From Alphaproteobacteria bacterium (GTDB lineage Bacteria > Pseudomonadota > Alphaproteobacteria > GCA-2731375): 64,000 bases of DNA. The stretch spans positions 1,312,001 to 1,376,000 of the forward strand of contig CBDDPY010000002.1 of the NCBI GenBank assembly GCA_965232515.1, written 5' to 3'. Position numbers and translations under genes: made by a program. Each line of letters begins with the position of its first letter. The stretch's first letter is position 1. Below, in pieces: positions 9,171-19,945 of this stretch. The notes under the pieces were generated by a model that saw nothing but the letters and a program-made list of their open reading frames with translations, was not told where the DNA came from and did no database searches.

Positions 9171-11171
9171 CTAACTCTCCGCCGGGGCGGCCGCGCGTCG
9201 GCCGCCCGAGAGCCAGGCAATGACAACCCCTGGCGCCGTCAGGGCAATCGCGATCAGCGTGAGTTGAACATGCCCCAGGCCGATCATACCGCCGCCGGGG
9301 GCGGCGAGCGTCAAGCCGCCGGCAATTAGCGACAGGCGGCCGAGCCAGGACAGCGGCCCGAGCCCGAGGCTGCCGATGCCGATCAGCCAGCCCTGCAGGC
9401 CGGCCGAGACGAGCAGGATGCCGATCATGGCGGTGGCGATGACGACAACGATCTCGCCCGCCGCGCCCTGCAATAGCAGCGCCGGATTGAAGACGAAGAA
9501 GAACGGGATGAAGTAGATCACCGTGCCGATGCGCATGGCCTCGAGCCCGGTCTGCATAGGCTCGCACTTGGCGACCGAGGCGGCGGCGAATGCGGCGAGC
9601 GCCACCGGCGGGGTGATGAAGCTGAGCATGCCCCAGTAGAGCAGGAACATGTGCACGCTCATGGGGTCGAGACCGACCTGGATCAGCGCCGGCGCCAGGA
9701 TGATGGCGAGGAAGATGTAGGCCGCCGTCACCGTCATGCCGATGCCGAGGATGAAGCTGGTGAGCGCGCCCATGATCAGCAGCACCAGCGGCGCGCCGCC
9801 GGCCAGGAATACGAGATCGTTGGTGAGCGTGCCGGTCATGCCGGTCGCCTGCAGCGCGCCGACGATTAGGCCGACCGCGGCGAGCAGGCCAGCGAGCTCG
9901 GCCAGCAGGCCGCCGGTGGCGAAGATGTAGGCCTTGAACTGCTCGAGGCTGAGCCGATGGTTGCGGTTGAACTGATTGATCACCAGCAGCAGCGCCGTCG
10001 CGTAGAACGGCGCGTGCGCCTCGCGCTTCAGGAACACCAGCATGAAGACCAAGAGCGCGAAGACGGCGACGTAGTACCAGCCGTCCTTGATCACCGCCCA
10101 GAGCGACGGCAGCTCGGACCGGTCGAGGCCGGTCAGCTTGTTCTGCGCCGAGTAGGCATCGATCTGCATGAACAGGCCGAGATAGTAGAGCAGTGACGGC
10201 ACGATCGCGGCGACCGCGACGGTGACGTAGGAGACCTCGAGGAAATCGGCCATCACGAACGCGGTGGCGCCCATGATCGGCGGCATCATGGTGCCGCCGG
10301 TCGACGCGCAGGCCTCGATGGCGCCGGCGGTCTTGGGCCGGACGCCGATGCGTTTCATGGCTGGGATGGTGAGCGCGCCCGTGGTCAACACGTTGGTGAT
10401 CGGCCCGCCCGACATGGAGCCGAACAGGCCGGAGGAGAAGATCGCCACCTTGGCCGGCCCGCCGCGCACATGGCCCAGAAGCGCGAAGGCGAGGTTGATG
10501 AAGAACTGACCGCCGCCGGTATAGACCAGCGCGTTGCCGAACAGCAGGAAGCCGAAGAACAGAAGCGCGAAGGCCTGCATGGGAATGCCGAGCAGGCTCT
10601 CTTCCGAATAGATGTGATAGGCCGCCGTGTCGAGGAAGGTCTGGCCGACGCCGGAGATCACCTGCGGCATGTGCTCGACATAGGTCGGGTAGAACGAGAC
10701 GACCGTGACGATGATGAACACGGCAAGGCCGCCGGCGCGCCGGCCCGCTTCCAGGATCACGGCCCAGAGCACGACGGCCATGTAGCGCGCGGAGTCCGGC
10801 GCGTTGTATTCCCAGCTCTCCTCCAGGATCGGCAGGCCGTAATAGGTGAAATAGCCGGTGAGGCCGAGCGTCAGCAGGAACAGCACCGCGTCATACCAGG
10901 GGATCGTACGCCGGGGCGCCGATTTGTAGGCGGGCATGAACAGGAAGATCATCGACACCATGACGCCGATAAGCAGGTACATGTACTGGTTCTGCACCAG
11001 CTTGTTGCCGATCAGCAGGCTGAAGAAGCCGAGCTGGAACATCTCGTTCACAGCGAGTGCCGTGGCGATCAGCGTCAACGCCAGGATCAGGCCGGTCCAA
11101 AGCCGGCCGAGCCGGCGATAGCGCTGGGTTTCGACGTCGTCGGCGTGCGCGGGCTCGGCCGGTGCGCTCAT
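9171..11171 (-). CDS. TRAP/TAXI transporter fused 4TM/12TM permease
   Basis: GGPAKVAIFSSGLFGSMSG, EACASTGG.MMPPIMGA.AF, ITPPVALAAFAAA. Confidence 0.93.
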   Translation of the reverse strand: MSAPAEPAHADDVETQRYRRLGRLWTGLILALTLIATALAVNEMFQLGFFSLLIGNKLVQNQYMYLLIGVMVSMIFLFMPAYKSAPRRTIPWYDAVLFLLTLGLTGYFTYYGLPILEESWEYNAPDSARYMAVVLWAVILEAGRRAGGLAVFIIVTVVSFYPTYVEHMPQVISGVGQTFLDTAAYHIYSEESLLGIPMQAFALLFFGFLLFGNALVYTGGGQFFINLAFALLGHVRGGPAKVAIFSSGLFGSMSGGPITNVLTTGALTIPAMKRIGVRPKTAGAIEACASTGGTMMPPIMGATAFVMADFLEVSYVTVAVAAIVPSLLYYLGLFMQIDAYSAQNKLTGLDRSELPSLWAVIKDGWYYVAVFALLVFMLVFLKREAHAPFYATALLLVINQFNRNHRLSLEQFKAYIFATGGLLAELAGLLAAVGLIVGALQATGMTGTLTNDLVFLAGGAPLVLLIMGALTSFILGIGMTVTAAYIFLAIILAPALIQVGLDPMSVHMFLLYWGMLSFITPPVALAAFAAASVAKCEPMQTGLEAMRIGTVIYFIPFFFVFNPALLLQGAAGEIVVVIATAMIGILLVSAGLQGWLIGIGSLGLGPLSWLGRLSLIAGGLTLAAPGGGMIGLGHVQLTLIAIALTAPGVVIAWLSGGRRAAAPAES

Positions 11172-11253
11172 GGCATCAGACTTTCGGAAGCTATGGAGAA
11201 GGCGGACGGGGCCGGAACGCGTTGCGGTCCCGGCCCGCCGCGAACATGACCGG

Positions 11254-12396
11254 TCACCAGGTGGTGAAGATCACTTCCATCTCGGCGCCCGACAGCGCGT
11301 CGGCGCGCGCCGTCATCCAACCCTTGTCGAAGTCGTCGGCAGGATTGGCCGTGTAGGCATCCCAGGCTTTCTTCAGCACGGTCTGCCGAGCCAACAGACG
11401 CTCCTGATTGACTTGGGCGGGGTCCGACCAGCGGCCGACTTCCTTCAGATACCGCACCGCGCCCGAATGCCAGGGCAGATAGAAGTCGTCGAGCTGCTGC
11501 TCGATGGCCCAGCCCTCGGCGCCCGGCGCGCCTTCCTTATAGGCGTCGAAGCCCTCGACCATGGCTTTGGCCATGCCGTAGGCCACGTCATCGCCGGTGT
11601 CGGTGGTCGAGACCAGGATCGGATAGACGCTGGCGATACCTTCCGACCGGCCGCCCGGAATGCCGGGGCCCTTGGTGCAGATGCCCTGCACGTACCACGG
11701 CACCAGTTTCTGCACGCGGTCCCAGCCGGCCTTGTCGGCGAATGGCATCGGCGGGTGGTAGACGCCGCGCGGGCTCGATTCCATCTTCAGCATGAAGGTC
11801 GATTGCGAGGCCGTGATCGAGGCGTCGATATCGCCGTTGATGATGCCGTTGATCGACGCGGCCCAACCGCCGACCTCAACCTTCTCGACCTCGTCGAGCC
11901 CGACATTGGCGAAAGCCAGTAACGCCTCGGCGGCCTTCTGCAGGGCCGGCGAGCCGCGCACCCAGCCGATGCGCTTGCCGCGCAGGTCGGCCATGGTTTT
12001 GACGCCGACATCGTTGGCGACGGCGAACGTCGTGCAGCCGGCCGAGCGGTTCAGCAGGACCAGGCGGATCGGCATCGGCCCCCAAGCCTTCTTGCCGAAG
12101 GTAAAGACGGCCTCCTGCGCATAGACGCTGTCGGAGCCGGTGGCCGTGAACTGCGCGGTGCCCTTCTTGACCGGCGACAGCCGGGAAACGTCGTTCTTGC
12201 CGGGCAGCACGCGCAGGTTCACTTGGTACTTGTTCTTCAGCATGCTGCCGATGGCGACCATCTGGCTGTAGCCCGAGGTGCCGGTGTTGTAAGCCGTGGT
12301 GACGAGCGTGCCGGGCAACTTGACGTCATCGGCGACAGCGGCGCCGGACGCAGAAACAAGACACGCCAACAATCCGGATAACAGGTGCTTATGCAT
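11254..12396 (-). CDS. TAXI-family TRAP solute-binding protein
   Basis: Start MHKHLL at 12396 with GGAGGA RBS and signal peptide; DLRGKR, PWHSGAVRYLKE; adjacent to the fused permease. Confidence 0.88.
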   Translation of the reverse strand: MHKHLLSGLLACLVSASGAAVADDVKLPGTLVTTAYNTGTSGYSQMVAIGSMLKNKYQVNLRVLPGKNDVSRLSPVKKGTAQFTATGSDSVYAQEAVFTFGKKAWGPMPIRLVLLNRSAGCTTFAVANDVGVKTMADLRGKRIGWVRGSPALQKAAEALLAFANVGLDEVEKVEVGGWAASINGIINGDIDASITASQSTFMLKMESSPRGVYHPPMPFADKAGWDRVQKLVPWYVQGICTKGPGIPGGRSEGIASVYPILVSTTDTGDDVAYGMAKAMVEGFDAYKEGAPGAEGWAIEQQLDDFYLPWHSGAVRYLKEVGRWSDPAQVNQERLLARQTVLKKAWDAYTANPADDFDKGWMTARADALSGAEMEVIFTTW

Positions 12397-12688
12397 TGCA
12401 CTTCCTCCCATCCATGTTCGACGAATGCTCTTGCGGCCTCGCTTAAGACAGAGAGTTTTCCATAATCCGGCAGCATCCACAAAGCGATATGCCTGTGGCC
12501 GCGGCAGGCGACATGCGACCACCCGTGTTAGGCTCTGGGTCGAGCAACGGCGTGCCGAAATGCGCATGAATACGCGGATGAGGTCCCGCGAGGGTCGGCC
12601 GAACCCCGTGAGTGCCGGCCGCAGCTTCGCGCATCTTGGGTAACCGAGCCGACCGGGCCGTATCAGACACCGAGCCGAGGAGCGACCA

Positions 12689-14344
12689 ATGCGGGTCATC
12701 GACGTGATCACCGAGATCCTGAAACGCGAAGGTGTCGAGCATCTGAGCTGCTATCCGACGACGGCGCTGATCGAGTCGGCGGCCGCCGCCGGCATCCGGC
12801 CGATCATCTGTCGGCAGGAGCGGGTCGGCGTCGGCATCGCCGACGGCTTCGCGCGGGTGAGCAACGGCCGGCCACCGTCGGTCTTCGCCATGCAATACGG
12901 GCCGGGCGCGGAGAACGCCTTTCCCGGTATCGCCACGGCGTTCTCGGACTCGACGCCCATGCTGTTGCTGCCATTGGGCCATCCGCGCGAGCGCGACCGG
13001 GTGTTTCCGCTGTTCAGCAGCGTCAGGACCTACGAGACCGTGACGAAGTCGGTCGAGCAGGTGAACGTGCCGGAGCGCGTGGTCGACTCGATGCGCCGGG
13101 CGCTGGCGGCCATGCGCACCGGCCGTCCCTGTCCGGTGCTGGTCGAGGTGCCACAGGACGTCGCCGGGCAGGAGGTCGATGCCGGCATCCTGGAGAGCTA
13201 CGCGCCGGTGCGGGCTGCCCGCGCGCAGGCAGATCCTGACGACATCGAAGCGGCGGCGCGGGCGCTGCTGGCGGCCGAACGCCCGATCGTGCTGGCGGGC
13301 GCGGGCGTGCTCTATGCCGAAGCCAGCGCCGAGCTGGCGGCGCTCGCCGAACTGTTGCAGGCGCCGGTCATGACGACCATGGAGGGCAAAAGCGCCATCT
13401 CCGAGAAGCACCATCCGCTGGCGCTGGGCAGCGGGTCCGGCGTGATGAGCGGACCGGTCTACGAGTTCCTGCGCGACGCCGACGTGGTGCTGGCGATCGG
13501 CACCAGCCTGACCCGGCATCCGATGGTGACGCCGCTGCCGCCGGGCAAGCTCGTGATCCAGGCGACAAACGACCCCACTGACCTGCACAAGAGCTATCGC
13601 GTCGATCATCCGATCCTGGGCGACGCCAAGCTGGTGCTGCGTCAGTTGACGGAATGCTGCGCCGATCTGCTCGGCGGCAAGCAACACCGCGAGCCGGGCG
13701 CGGTGCCCGCCGAGATCGCGCGGGTCCGCGAGGAATGGCTGGCCGAATGGCTGCCGAAGCTGACCTCGGACGCGGCGCCGATCAATCCCTATCGGGTGAT
13801 CTGGGAGTTCATGCGGAACATCGATCCGGCCGACGCCATCATCACGCATGATGCCGGCAATCCCCGCTTCGAGATGATGCCGTTCTACCGCTCCGACGGA
13901 CCGCGCAGCTATCTCGGCTGGGGCAAGTCGCACCAGCTCGGGACCGGCCTCGGTCTCGCCATCGGCGCCAAGCTGGCGGCGCCCGACAAGTTCTGCGTCA
14001 ACGTGATGGGCGACGCGGCGTTCGGCATGACCGGCCTCGATTTCGAGACCGCGGTGCGCTGCGATCTGCCGATCTGCACCATCGTGCTGAAGAACTCGAC
14101 CATGGCGGTCGAGGTCAAGCACATGGCCGTCTCGCACGAGAAGTACCAGACGCGGGACGTCGGCGGCGACTATGCCGATATCGCCCGGGCGCTCGGCGGC
14201 TGGGCCGAACGGGTCGAGGACCCGGCCGAGGTCGGCCCGGCGCTGTTGCGGGCCAAACGGGCCAACGAGGAGGGCCGGGCCGCACTTCTCGAATTCATTA
14301 CCAGCGACGAGCCGGCCTATTCCTATCTGCGGCCGTTTGGCTAA
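12689..14344 (+). CDS. Thiamine-diphosphate-dependent enzyme (acetolactate synthase-like family)
   Basis: RQERVGVGIADGFAR, QYGPGAEN, ThDP motif GDAAFGM...N. Confidence 0.92.
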   Translation: MRVIDVITEILKREGVEHLSCYPTTALIESAAAAGIRPIICRQERVGVGIADGFARVSNGRPPSVFAMQYGPGAENAFPGIATAFSDSTPMLLLPLGHPRERDRVFPLFSSVRTYETVTKSVEQVNVPERVVDSMRRALAAMRTGRPCPVLVEVPQDVAGQEVDAGILESYAPVRAARAQADPDDIEAAARALLAAERPIVLAGAGVLYAEASAELAALAELLQAPVMTTMEGKSAISEKHHPLALGSGSGVMSGPVYEFLRDADVVLAIGTSLTRHPMVTPLPPGKLVIQATNDPTDLHKSYRVDHPILGDAKLVLRQLTECCADLLGGKQHREPGAVPAEIARVREEWLAEWLPKLTSDAAPINPYRVIWEFMRNIDPADAIITHDAGNPRFEMMPFYRSDGPRSYLGWGKSHQLGTGLGLAIGAKLAAPDKFCVNVMGDAAFGMTGLDFETAVRCDLPICTIVLKNSTMAVEVKHMAVSHEKYQTRDVGGDYADIARALGGWAERVEDPAEVGPALLRAKRANEEGRAALLEFITSDEPAYSYLRPFG

Positions 14345-14403
14345 CGCCGGCAGCAAGGCTAAAGTCGTCGCCGGTAGGGGGCCTGTTGGGAGGGAACGCA
14401 TCC

Positions 14404-15036
14404 ATGAAGCTGTACGATTTTCACTTGGCGCCGAACCCGAAGCGCGTACGCATCTTTCTCGCCGAGAAGGGTATCGAGGTGCCGAAGGTCGAGATCAACA
14501 CGCGCGAGGCCGGGCAATTCTCGCCTGAATTCCTGAAGGTCAATCCGGGCGCGACCATTCCGGCCCTGGAGCTGGATGACGGCACCTGCATCTCGGAGAC
14601 CGTGGCGATCTGCCGCTATTTCGAGGAGGTTCAGCCCGAGCCGCCGCTGATGGGGGTCGACGCCAAGGACAAGGCCGTCGTCGAAATGTGGAGCCGGCGC
14701 TGCGAGCTGGAAGGCTTCATGGCAATCGGCGAGGCGGTGCGCAACGGCTTGCCGATGTTCGAGGATCGGGGTCTGGCCGGCATGCGGAGCGGCGTGCCGC
14801 AGATCCCAGCGCTGGTCGAGCGCGGCAAAGCCACGGCGACGCGGTTCTGCAAGAAGCTGGACGCCCAGCTCGCCGACAACGAGTTCATCGCGGGACCTCG
14901 CTTCACGATCGCGGACATCACGGCTTTCGTGATGTTCGGGTTCGCGAGCCGCATCGAGTTCGCCATGCCCGAGGACTGCACGAACATCAAACGCTGGTTC
15001 GACGCGGTGGCGGCGCGGCCGAGCGCCGACGCCTGA
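14404..15036 (+). CDS. Glutathione S-transferase
   Basis: APNPKRVRIFLAEKG, NPGATIPALELDDG..ISE, FTIADITA. Confidence 0.93.
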   Translation: MKLYDFHLAPNPKRVRIFLAEKGIEVPKVEINTREAGQFSPEFLKVNPGATIPALELDDGTCISETVAICRYFEEVQPEPPLMGVDAKDKAVVEMWSRRCELEGFMAIGEAVRNGLPMFEDRGLAGMRSGVPQIPALVERGKATATRFCKKLDAQLADNEFIAGPRFTIADITAFVMFGFASRIEFAMPEDCTNIKRWFDAVAARPSADA

Positions 15037-15042
15037 GCGACT

Positions 15043-16218
15043 ATGGCCGGGGGGCGACGCGGCTATGACGGGGTCGCCGTCTGCGCGCCGGTGACCGTGC
15101 CGTATGTGCGGCATTCGATCCGCAGCGCGCACTGGTTCTGCGGCCGCGCGCTCGCCGCCCTGATCGAACGGGCCGGCATTGCCAAGTACGACGTCGACGG
15201 CATGTGCGTGTCGAGCTTCACGCTGGCGCCGGACACCGCCGTCGGCCTGACCCAGCATTTGGGCGTGTCGCCCCGCTGGCTGGACCATATCCCCATGGGC
15301 GGCGCCAGCGGCGTTGTCGCATTGCGGCGGGCGGCGCGGGCCGTGCAGGCGGGCGACGCCGAGATCGTCGCCTGCATCGCCGCCGACACCAACCATGTCG
15401 ACAGCTTCCGCCGCACCGTCGCCAGCTTCAGCCAGTTCGCCAACGACGCGGTTTATCCCTATGGCTCGGGCGGGCCGAATGCCAGCTTCGCCTTTCTGAC
15501 CGACCACTACATGCGCGAGTTCGGCGCGCTGCGTGAGGATTTCGGCAAGCTCTGCATCGCCCAACGCGACAATGCGCTCAAGAACCCGAACGCGTTGATG
15601 AAACGGCCGCTGACGCTGGACGCCTATCTTGACGCACGACCGATCGCCGAGCCGTTGCGGCTGTTCGATTGCGTGATGCCGTGCGCCGGCGCGGAAGCCT
15701 TCCTGGTGATGCCGTCGGAACGCGCAAAAGCGCTGGGCCTGCCGTTCGTTACGATCGAGGCGACGATCGAACGGCACAATGCTTTTCCCGACGATCCGAT
15801 CCAGATCCGCGGCGGCTGGGCCGTGGATTGCGACGATTTCTATGACATGGCCGGCATTGGCCCGGACGCGATCGATTTCGTGCAGGCCTATGACGACTAT
15901 CCCGTGATCTGCTTCATGCAGATCGAGGACCTGGGCTTCTGCGCCAAGGGCGAGGCGCCGGCCTTCGTGCGCACCCACGACCTGACCGCCGGCGGCGATT
16001 TTCCGTTCAACACGTCGGGCGGTCAGTTGTCGGTCGGCCAGGCCGGCGCGGCCGGCGGTTCGCTGGGGCTGGTCGAGGCCATCCGGCAATTGACCGGCGA
16101 GACGTTGGGCGCCGTGGTCGAGAACGCGCGGCGCGGCCTCGTGTCGTGCTTCGGCATGATCAACTACGACCGCGGCCTCTGCACGTCGGCCGCGATCTTA
16201 GGCCGAAGCGCGGCATGA
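15043..16218 (+). CDS. SCP2-type thiolase-family protein
   Basis: RDNALKNPNA, PLRLFDCVMP, YDDYP, NTSGGQLSVGQAG. Confidence 0.9.
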   Translation: MAGGRRGYDGVAVCAPVTVPYVRHSIRSAHWFCGRALAALIERAGIAKYDVDGMCVSSFTLAPDTAVGLTQHLGVSPRWLDHIPMGGASGVVALRRAARAVQAGDAEIVACIAADTNHVDSFRRTVASFSQFANDAVYPYGSGGPNASFAFLTDHYMREFGALREDFGKLCIAQRDNALKNPNALMKRPLTLDAYLDARPIAEPLRLFDCVMPCAGAEAFLVMPSERAKALGLPFVTIEATIERHNAFPDDPIQIRGGWAVDCDDFYDMAGIGPDAIDFVQAYDDYPVICFMQIEDLGFCAKGEAPAFVRTHDLTAGGDFPFNTSGGQLSVGQAGAAGGSLGLVEAIRQLTGETLGAVVENARRGLVSCFGMINYDRGLCTSAAILGRSAA

Positions 16219-17456
16219 CGACGCCACTGCCGCCGCCGAAGAAGAAGGACCCGGTCAAGCGGACACGGCAGCCGACGCTGCCGCCGGCGAACCGGTCGCG
16301 GGAAGCGCAAGGGCTGACGGCGATGGCGGCGGCCGGCCGCTTCGGGCTGCAGGTCTGCGCGGACTGCGAGACAGTGCAGTATCCGCCGCGACAGATCTGC
16401 GGCAACTGCCTGTCGGACGCGCTGGAGTGGCGCGACGTGCCGGACGCCGGGACGCTGTTGGCCGAGACCACGCTGCGGCATTCGAACGATCTGTTCTTCC
16501 GCGACCGGCTGCCCTGGCGGCTGGGCGTGGTGCGGATGGATGCCGGTCCGTCGGTCGTGGCGCATCTGGCCGAGGACTGCCGGCATGGTGAGCGGGTACG
16601 ACTGGCGCTGGATCTGGACCGCAGCGGTCATGCCGTGATGACGGCGCGGCCGGAAGTGCCCGACTCGAACCAGAAGGACGATCTGCAATTGCGAGAGATG
16701 GCCATCGATCCGAAGAACCGGCGGGTGCTGATCGTCGACGGCAAGACAACGCTGGGCCTGGCGCTGGCCCAAGCCTTCGCCGACGCCGGCGCGCGGGAGA
16801 TCTTTGTGGGACACGCCCAACCGTGGAAGGCGAGCGCCAGCCTGGAGGCCGCGCGGTCGATCAAGAGCGTGACGCTGTTTCCGCTCGACGTGACCGACAC
16901 CGACTCGGTGCAGGAGCTGGCCTCCCTGATCGGCGCGAAGGTCGAGATCCTGGTCAACAACAGCCACCACGTGCGCATGGGCGGCGTGATCGACCGCTTC
17001 GACTTGAACACCTCGCGCGAAGAGTTGGAGGTCCACTATCACGGCCTGATGCGCCTCGCCGGCACGTTTGGGCCGGTCATGCGGTCACGCGGGGCCGACG
17101 GCGCGCATAGCGCCGGCGCCTGGGTCAACGTGCTGTCGGCCTATGCGCTGGTGAACAATCCTGAATTCGGCACCTATGCCGCATCGCAGGCCGCAGCGCT
17201 GTCGCTGTCGCACTGCCTGCGGGCCGAACTGGCGGCGGGCGGCATCCGGGTCGTGAATGCCTTCACCGGCCCGCTGGAAGACGAATGGCACCAGATGGTG
17301 CCGCCGCCGAAGCTGGAGCCGGCGATGGTCGCAAGGCGTATCGTCGACGCCCTGAAGAAGGGTCAGGAGGACGTGCCGATCGGCGCCGTCGCCGAGGAGA
17401 TGATCGCGCGTCTGGCCGAGAACCCGAAGGAGATGGAACGTGCGATCCGGTTGTAG
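16215..17456 (+). CDS. Zn-ribbon/OB-fold (DUF35) fused to a short-chain dehydrogenase
   Basis: CADC..QYPPRQIC..C followed by an OB-fold, then an SDR-like domain with YAASQ in place of YxxxK; ATGA-coupled to the thiolase. Confidence 0.85.
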   Translation: MTTPLPPPKKKDPVKRTRQPTLPPANRSREAQGLTAMAAAGRFGLQVCADCETVQYPPRQICGNCLSDALEWRDVPDAGTLLAETTLRHSNDLFFRDRLPWRLGVVRMDAGPSVVAHLAEDCRHGERVRLALDLDRSGHAVMTARPEVPDSNQKDDLQLREMAIDPKNRRVLIVDGKTTLGLALAQAFADAGAREIFVGHAQPWKASASLEAARSIKSVTLFPLDVTDTDSVQELASLIGAKVEILVNNSHHVRMGGVIDRFDLNTSREELEVHYHGLMRLAGTFGPVMRSRGADGAHSAGAWVNVLSAYALVNNPEFGTYAASQAAALSLSHCLRAELAAGGIRVVNAFTGPLEDEWHQMVPPPKLEPAMVARRIVDALKKGQEDVPIGAVAEEMIARLAENPKEMERAIRL

Positions 17457-17477
17457 CGTTTCGGGGAGGGGCGGACG

Positions 17478-18275
17478 ATGACGTCGGAACCGACGGACGG
17501 AATCCTCGGCCGGTTCCTGACCGGCATCGTCAGCGGCAGGATCCGCGTGGTCGATTTGACCATGACGCTGCAGCCGGACTTTCCGACCATCACCATGCCG
17601 CCGGAGCTGGGGCAGTCCTGGCCGTTCCGCATGGAGGAGATCTCGCGTTATGACCATCGCGGGCCGGCCTGGTACTGGAACAACCTGTCCTGCGGCGAGC
17701 ACACGGGCACACATTTCGACGCGCCGATCCATTGGATCTCCGGCAAGGATCTGCCGGAGAACGCCACCGACACCATTCCGGTGGAGAAGTTCCTGGCGCA
17801 TGCCTGTGTCGTCGACTGTTCGGAACAGGCGGCGAGCGATCCGGATTTTCTGCTAACCATTGAAATGGTCGAAGCCTGGGAGGCCGAGCATGGCCGCGTT
17901 CCGGCGCGCTCCTGGCTGCTGATGCGGACGGACTGGTCGTGGAAGCGGGACCCGGCCGATTACATGAACATGGCGGACGACGGCGCGCATACGCCCGGCC
18001 CGCACGAGGACCTGGTGCCCTGGCTGATCGCCGAGCGCGACGTCATCGGCTTCGGCTGCGAAGCGGTGGGCACGGATGCCGGACAGGCGCCGCATCTCAA
18101 GGTGCCGTTTCCCTGCCACTATCACATGCACGGCAACAACCGGTTCGGCTTGCCGTCGCTGACCAATCTCGACCTGCTGCCGCCGCAGGGGGCGGTGCTG
18201 ATCACGCCGCCGTTGAAGATCCGCCAGGGCTCGGGCAGCCCGACCCGTGTGCTGGCGCTGGTCGAAGACGGCTGA
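17478..18275 (+). CDS. Cyclase-family metal hydrolase (kynurenine formamidase-like)
   Basis: EHTGTHFDAPIHW motif; C-terminal GSGSPTRVLA. Confidence 0.92.
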   Translation: MTSEPTDGILGRFLTGIVSGRIRVVDLTMTLQPDFPTITMPPELGQSWPFRMEEISRYDHRGPAWYWNNLSCGEHTGTHFDAPIHWISGKDLPENATDTIPVEKFLAHACVVDCSEQAASDPDFLLTIEMVEAWEAEHGRVPARSWLLMRTDWSWKRDPADYMNMADDGAHTPGPHEDLVPWLIAERDVIGFGCEAVGTDAGQAPHLKVPFPCHYHMHGNNRFGLPSLTNLDLLPPQGAVLITPPLKIRQGSGSPTRVLALVEDG

Positions 18276-18289
18276 CAGGAGGAAAGAGC

Positions 18290-18724
18290 ATGGCGCTGCC
18301 GCAGGATATCTCGCCCGTGAACAGCGAGCTGATGGACACGCTCGCGCGGTCGGCTGAGATGGACTGGATCGAGACGTCGCCGGGCAAGGCCCATATCAAG
18401 GTGCTGTGGCTCGGGCCCGAGACCGGGCGCTGGGCCGTGCTGCTGAAATGGGCCAAGGGTTACGTGGCGCCGCCGCACAAGCACCTCTCGGCCGCGCACA
18501 CCTTCATTCTGTCGGGCAAGCTGCAGGTGCGGGACGGCGTTTTGCAGGCCGGCGACTATGTCTACGAGCCGAACGGCATGGTGCATGACGCAACGACGGC
18601 ATTGGAGGACACCGAGTACCTGTTCATCTGCGACGGGCCCGTGCTGTTCTTCGGCGACGACGGCTTCACCGGCTATCTCGGCTGGGAGCAGCTGGAACGC
18701 CTGCGCGCGAAGGCGTCAGCTTGA
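18290..18724 (+). CDS. ChrR-like cupin (possible dioxygenase)
   Basis: PPHKH..AHTFILSG, YVYEPNGMVH; AGGAGG RBS before ATG 18290. Confidence 0.8.
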   Translation: MALPQDISPVNSELMDTLARSAEMDWIETSPGKAHIKVLWLGPETGRWAVLLKWAKGYVAPPHKHLSAAHTFILSGKLQVRDGVLQAGDYVYEPNGMVHDATTALEDTEYLFICDGPVLFFGDDGFTGYLGWEQLERLRAKASA

Positions 18725-18830
18725 CACCTGTGGGGACGGCTCCTAGCGTGAATTTCCGATAAGCAAAAACTTGTGAACCGGGTCCCATGTCACCAGCATG
18801 GCCGCCCGACCAACCTTGGGGAGAGAACCG

Positions 18831-19838
18831 ATGCGTCATCAGATCGCCCGAGTCCTGCGCGCGACCATCGCGGGCAGCTTCGCCGGCGCCATGCTGGTCT
18901 CGGCCGCACAGGCCGAGAAGATCACCCTGCACGGCGCGAGCCAGTTCGACGAGAGTCATGCCTTCACGCGGCTCATGCGCAAGTTCGAGGAACTGACTCG
19001 GTTGTATTATGGCGGCGACGCCGAGCTCGAGTTCGTGATGCACCTGAACAGCGAGCTGGGACTGGAGAAAGACTATTTCGCCTACATGAACCAGGGCATC
19101 TCGGTCGACTACGCGATCGTCGCGCCGTCGCACATGTCGACCTTCTCGAAGATGGCGACGCTGCTCGATCCGCCGATGCTTTATCGCGACGCCGGCCACT
19201 GGAGCAAGGTGCTGGCGAGCGACGTGCTGAAGCCGATCGAGGACGACGTCATGAAGCGCGCCGATGTGATGCTGATCGGCTATGGCGGCGGTGGCGTTCG
19301 GCATCTGATCGTCAACAAGCCGGTGACCAACATGGCCGACGCCGCCGATCTGCCGATTCGGGTGATGGGCGCACCGATCCAGACCAAGATGTTCGAGGCG
19401 TTCGGCATGGCGCCGACCGTGATTGCTTATGCCGAGGTCTACAGCGCCATCCAGACCGGCGTGATCGACGCAGCCGAGAACGAGGCAGCCGGCATCCAAC
19501 AGATGAAATTCTACGAGGTCGGCTCGAACATCGCGCTGACGGGACACGCCATCACGGTGCGGCCGCTGGCTTTCAGCGGCAAGACCTTCCGCCGGTTGCC
19601 CGAGGACCTGCAGGTGGCCATTCAACAGGCCGGCCGCGACGCCGGCACCTTTGGCCGGGTTATCGAGCTGACCGAGGGCCGCTCGAAGCTGGCCAAGATG
19701 GAGTCCGAGGGCAAGCTGAAGACGGTGTTCTTCTCCGAGCGCGACAAGCTGATCGACGCGGCGGGGCCGGTGCTGGTCGACTTTTTCAAGGACAACGACG
19801 CCGAGGACCTGTTCAAGGCCATTCAGGCGGTGAAGTAG
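18831..19838 (+). CDS. dctP: TRAP transporter substrate-binding protein
   Basis: Signal peptide; IRV, EVYSAIQTGVIDAAEN, KFYEV, LTGH. Confidence 0.92.
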   Translation: MRHQIARVLRATIAGSFAGAMLVSAAQAEKITLHGASQFDESHAFTRLMRKFEELTRLYYGGDAELEFVMHLNSELGLEKDYFAYMNQGISVDYAIVAPSHMSTFSKMATLLDPPMLYRDAGHWSKVLASDVLKPIEDDVMKRADVMLIGYGGGGVRHLIVNKPVTNMADAADLPIRVMGAPIQTKMFEAFGMAPTVIAYAEVYSAIQTGVIDAAENEAAGIQQMKFYEVGSNIALTGHAITVRPLAFSGKTFRRLPEDLQVAIQQAGRDAGTFGRVIELTEGRSKLAKMESEGKLKTVFFSERDKLIDAAGPVLVDFFKDNDAEDLFKAIQAVK

Positions 19839-19871
19839 GCGGACCGAGTTTTCCGCCAGAATATTGCTGAC

Positions 19872-19898
19872 GACCGGCGGCCGATCCGGCCGCCGGTC
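19872..19898. other. Perfect 12-bp intercistronic hairpin between dctP and dctQ (mRNA stabiliser or attenuator)
   Basis: GACCGGCGGCCG-atc-CGGCCGCCGGTC. Confidence 0.6.
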
Positions 19899-19945
19899 TA
19901 TCTTTGCCGGCACATCGCCGGCAACCGCGTGACCGCCGAGGACGC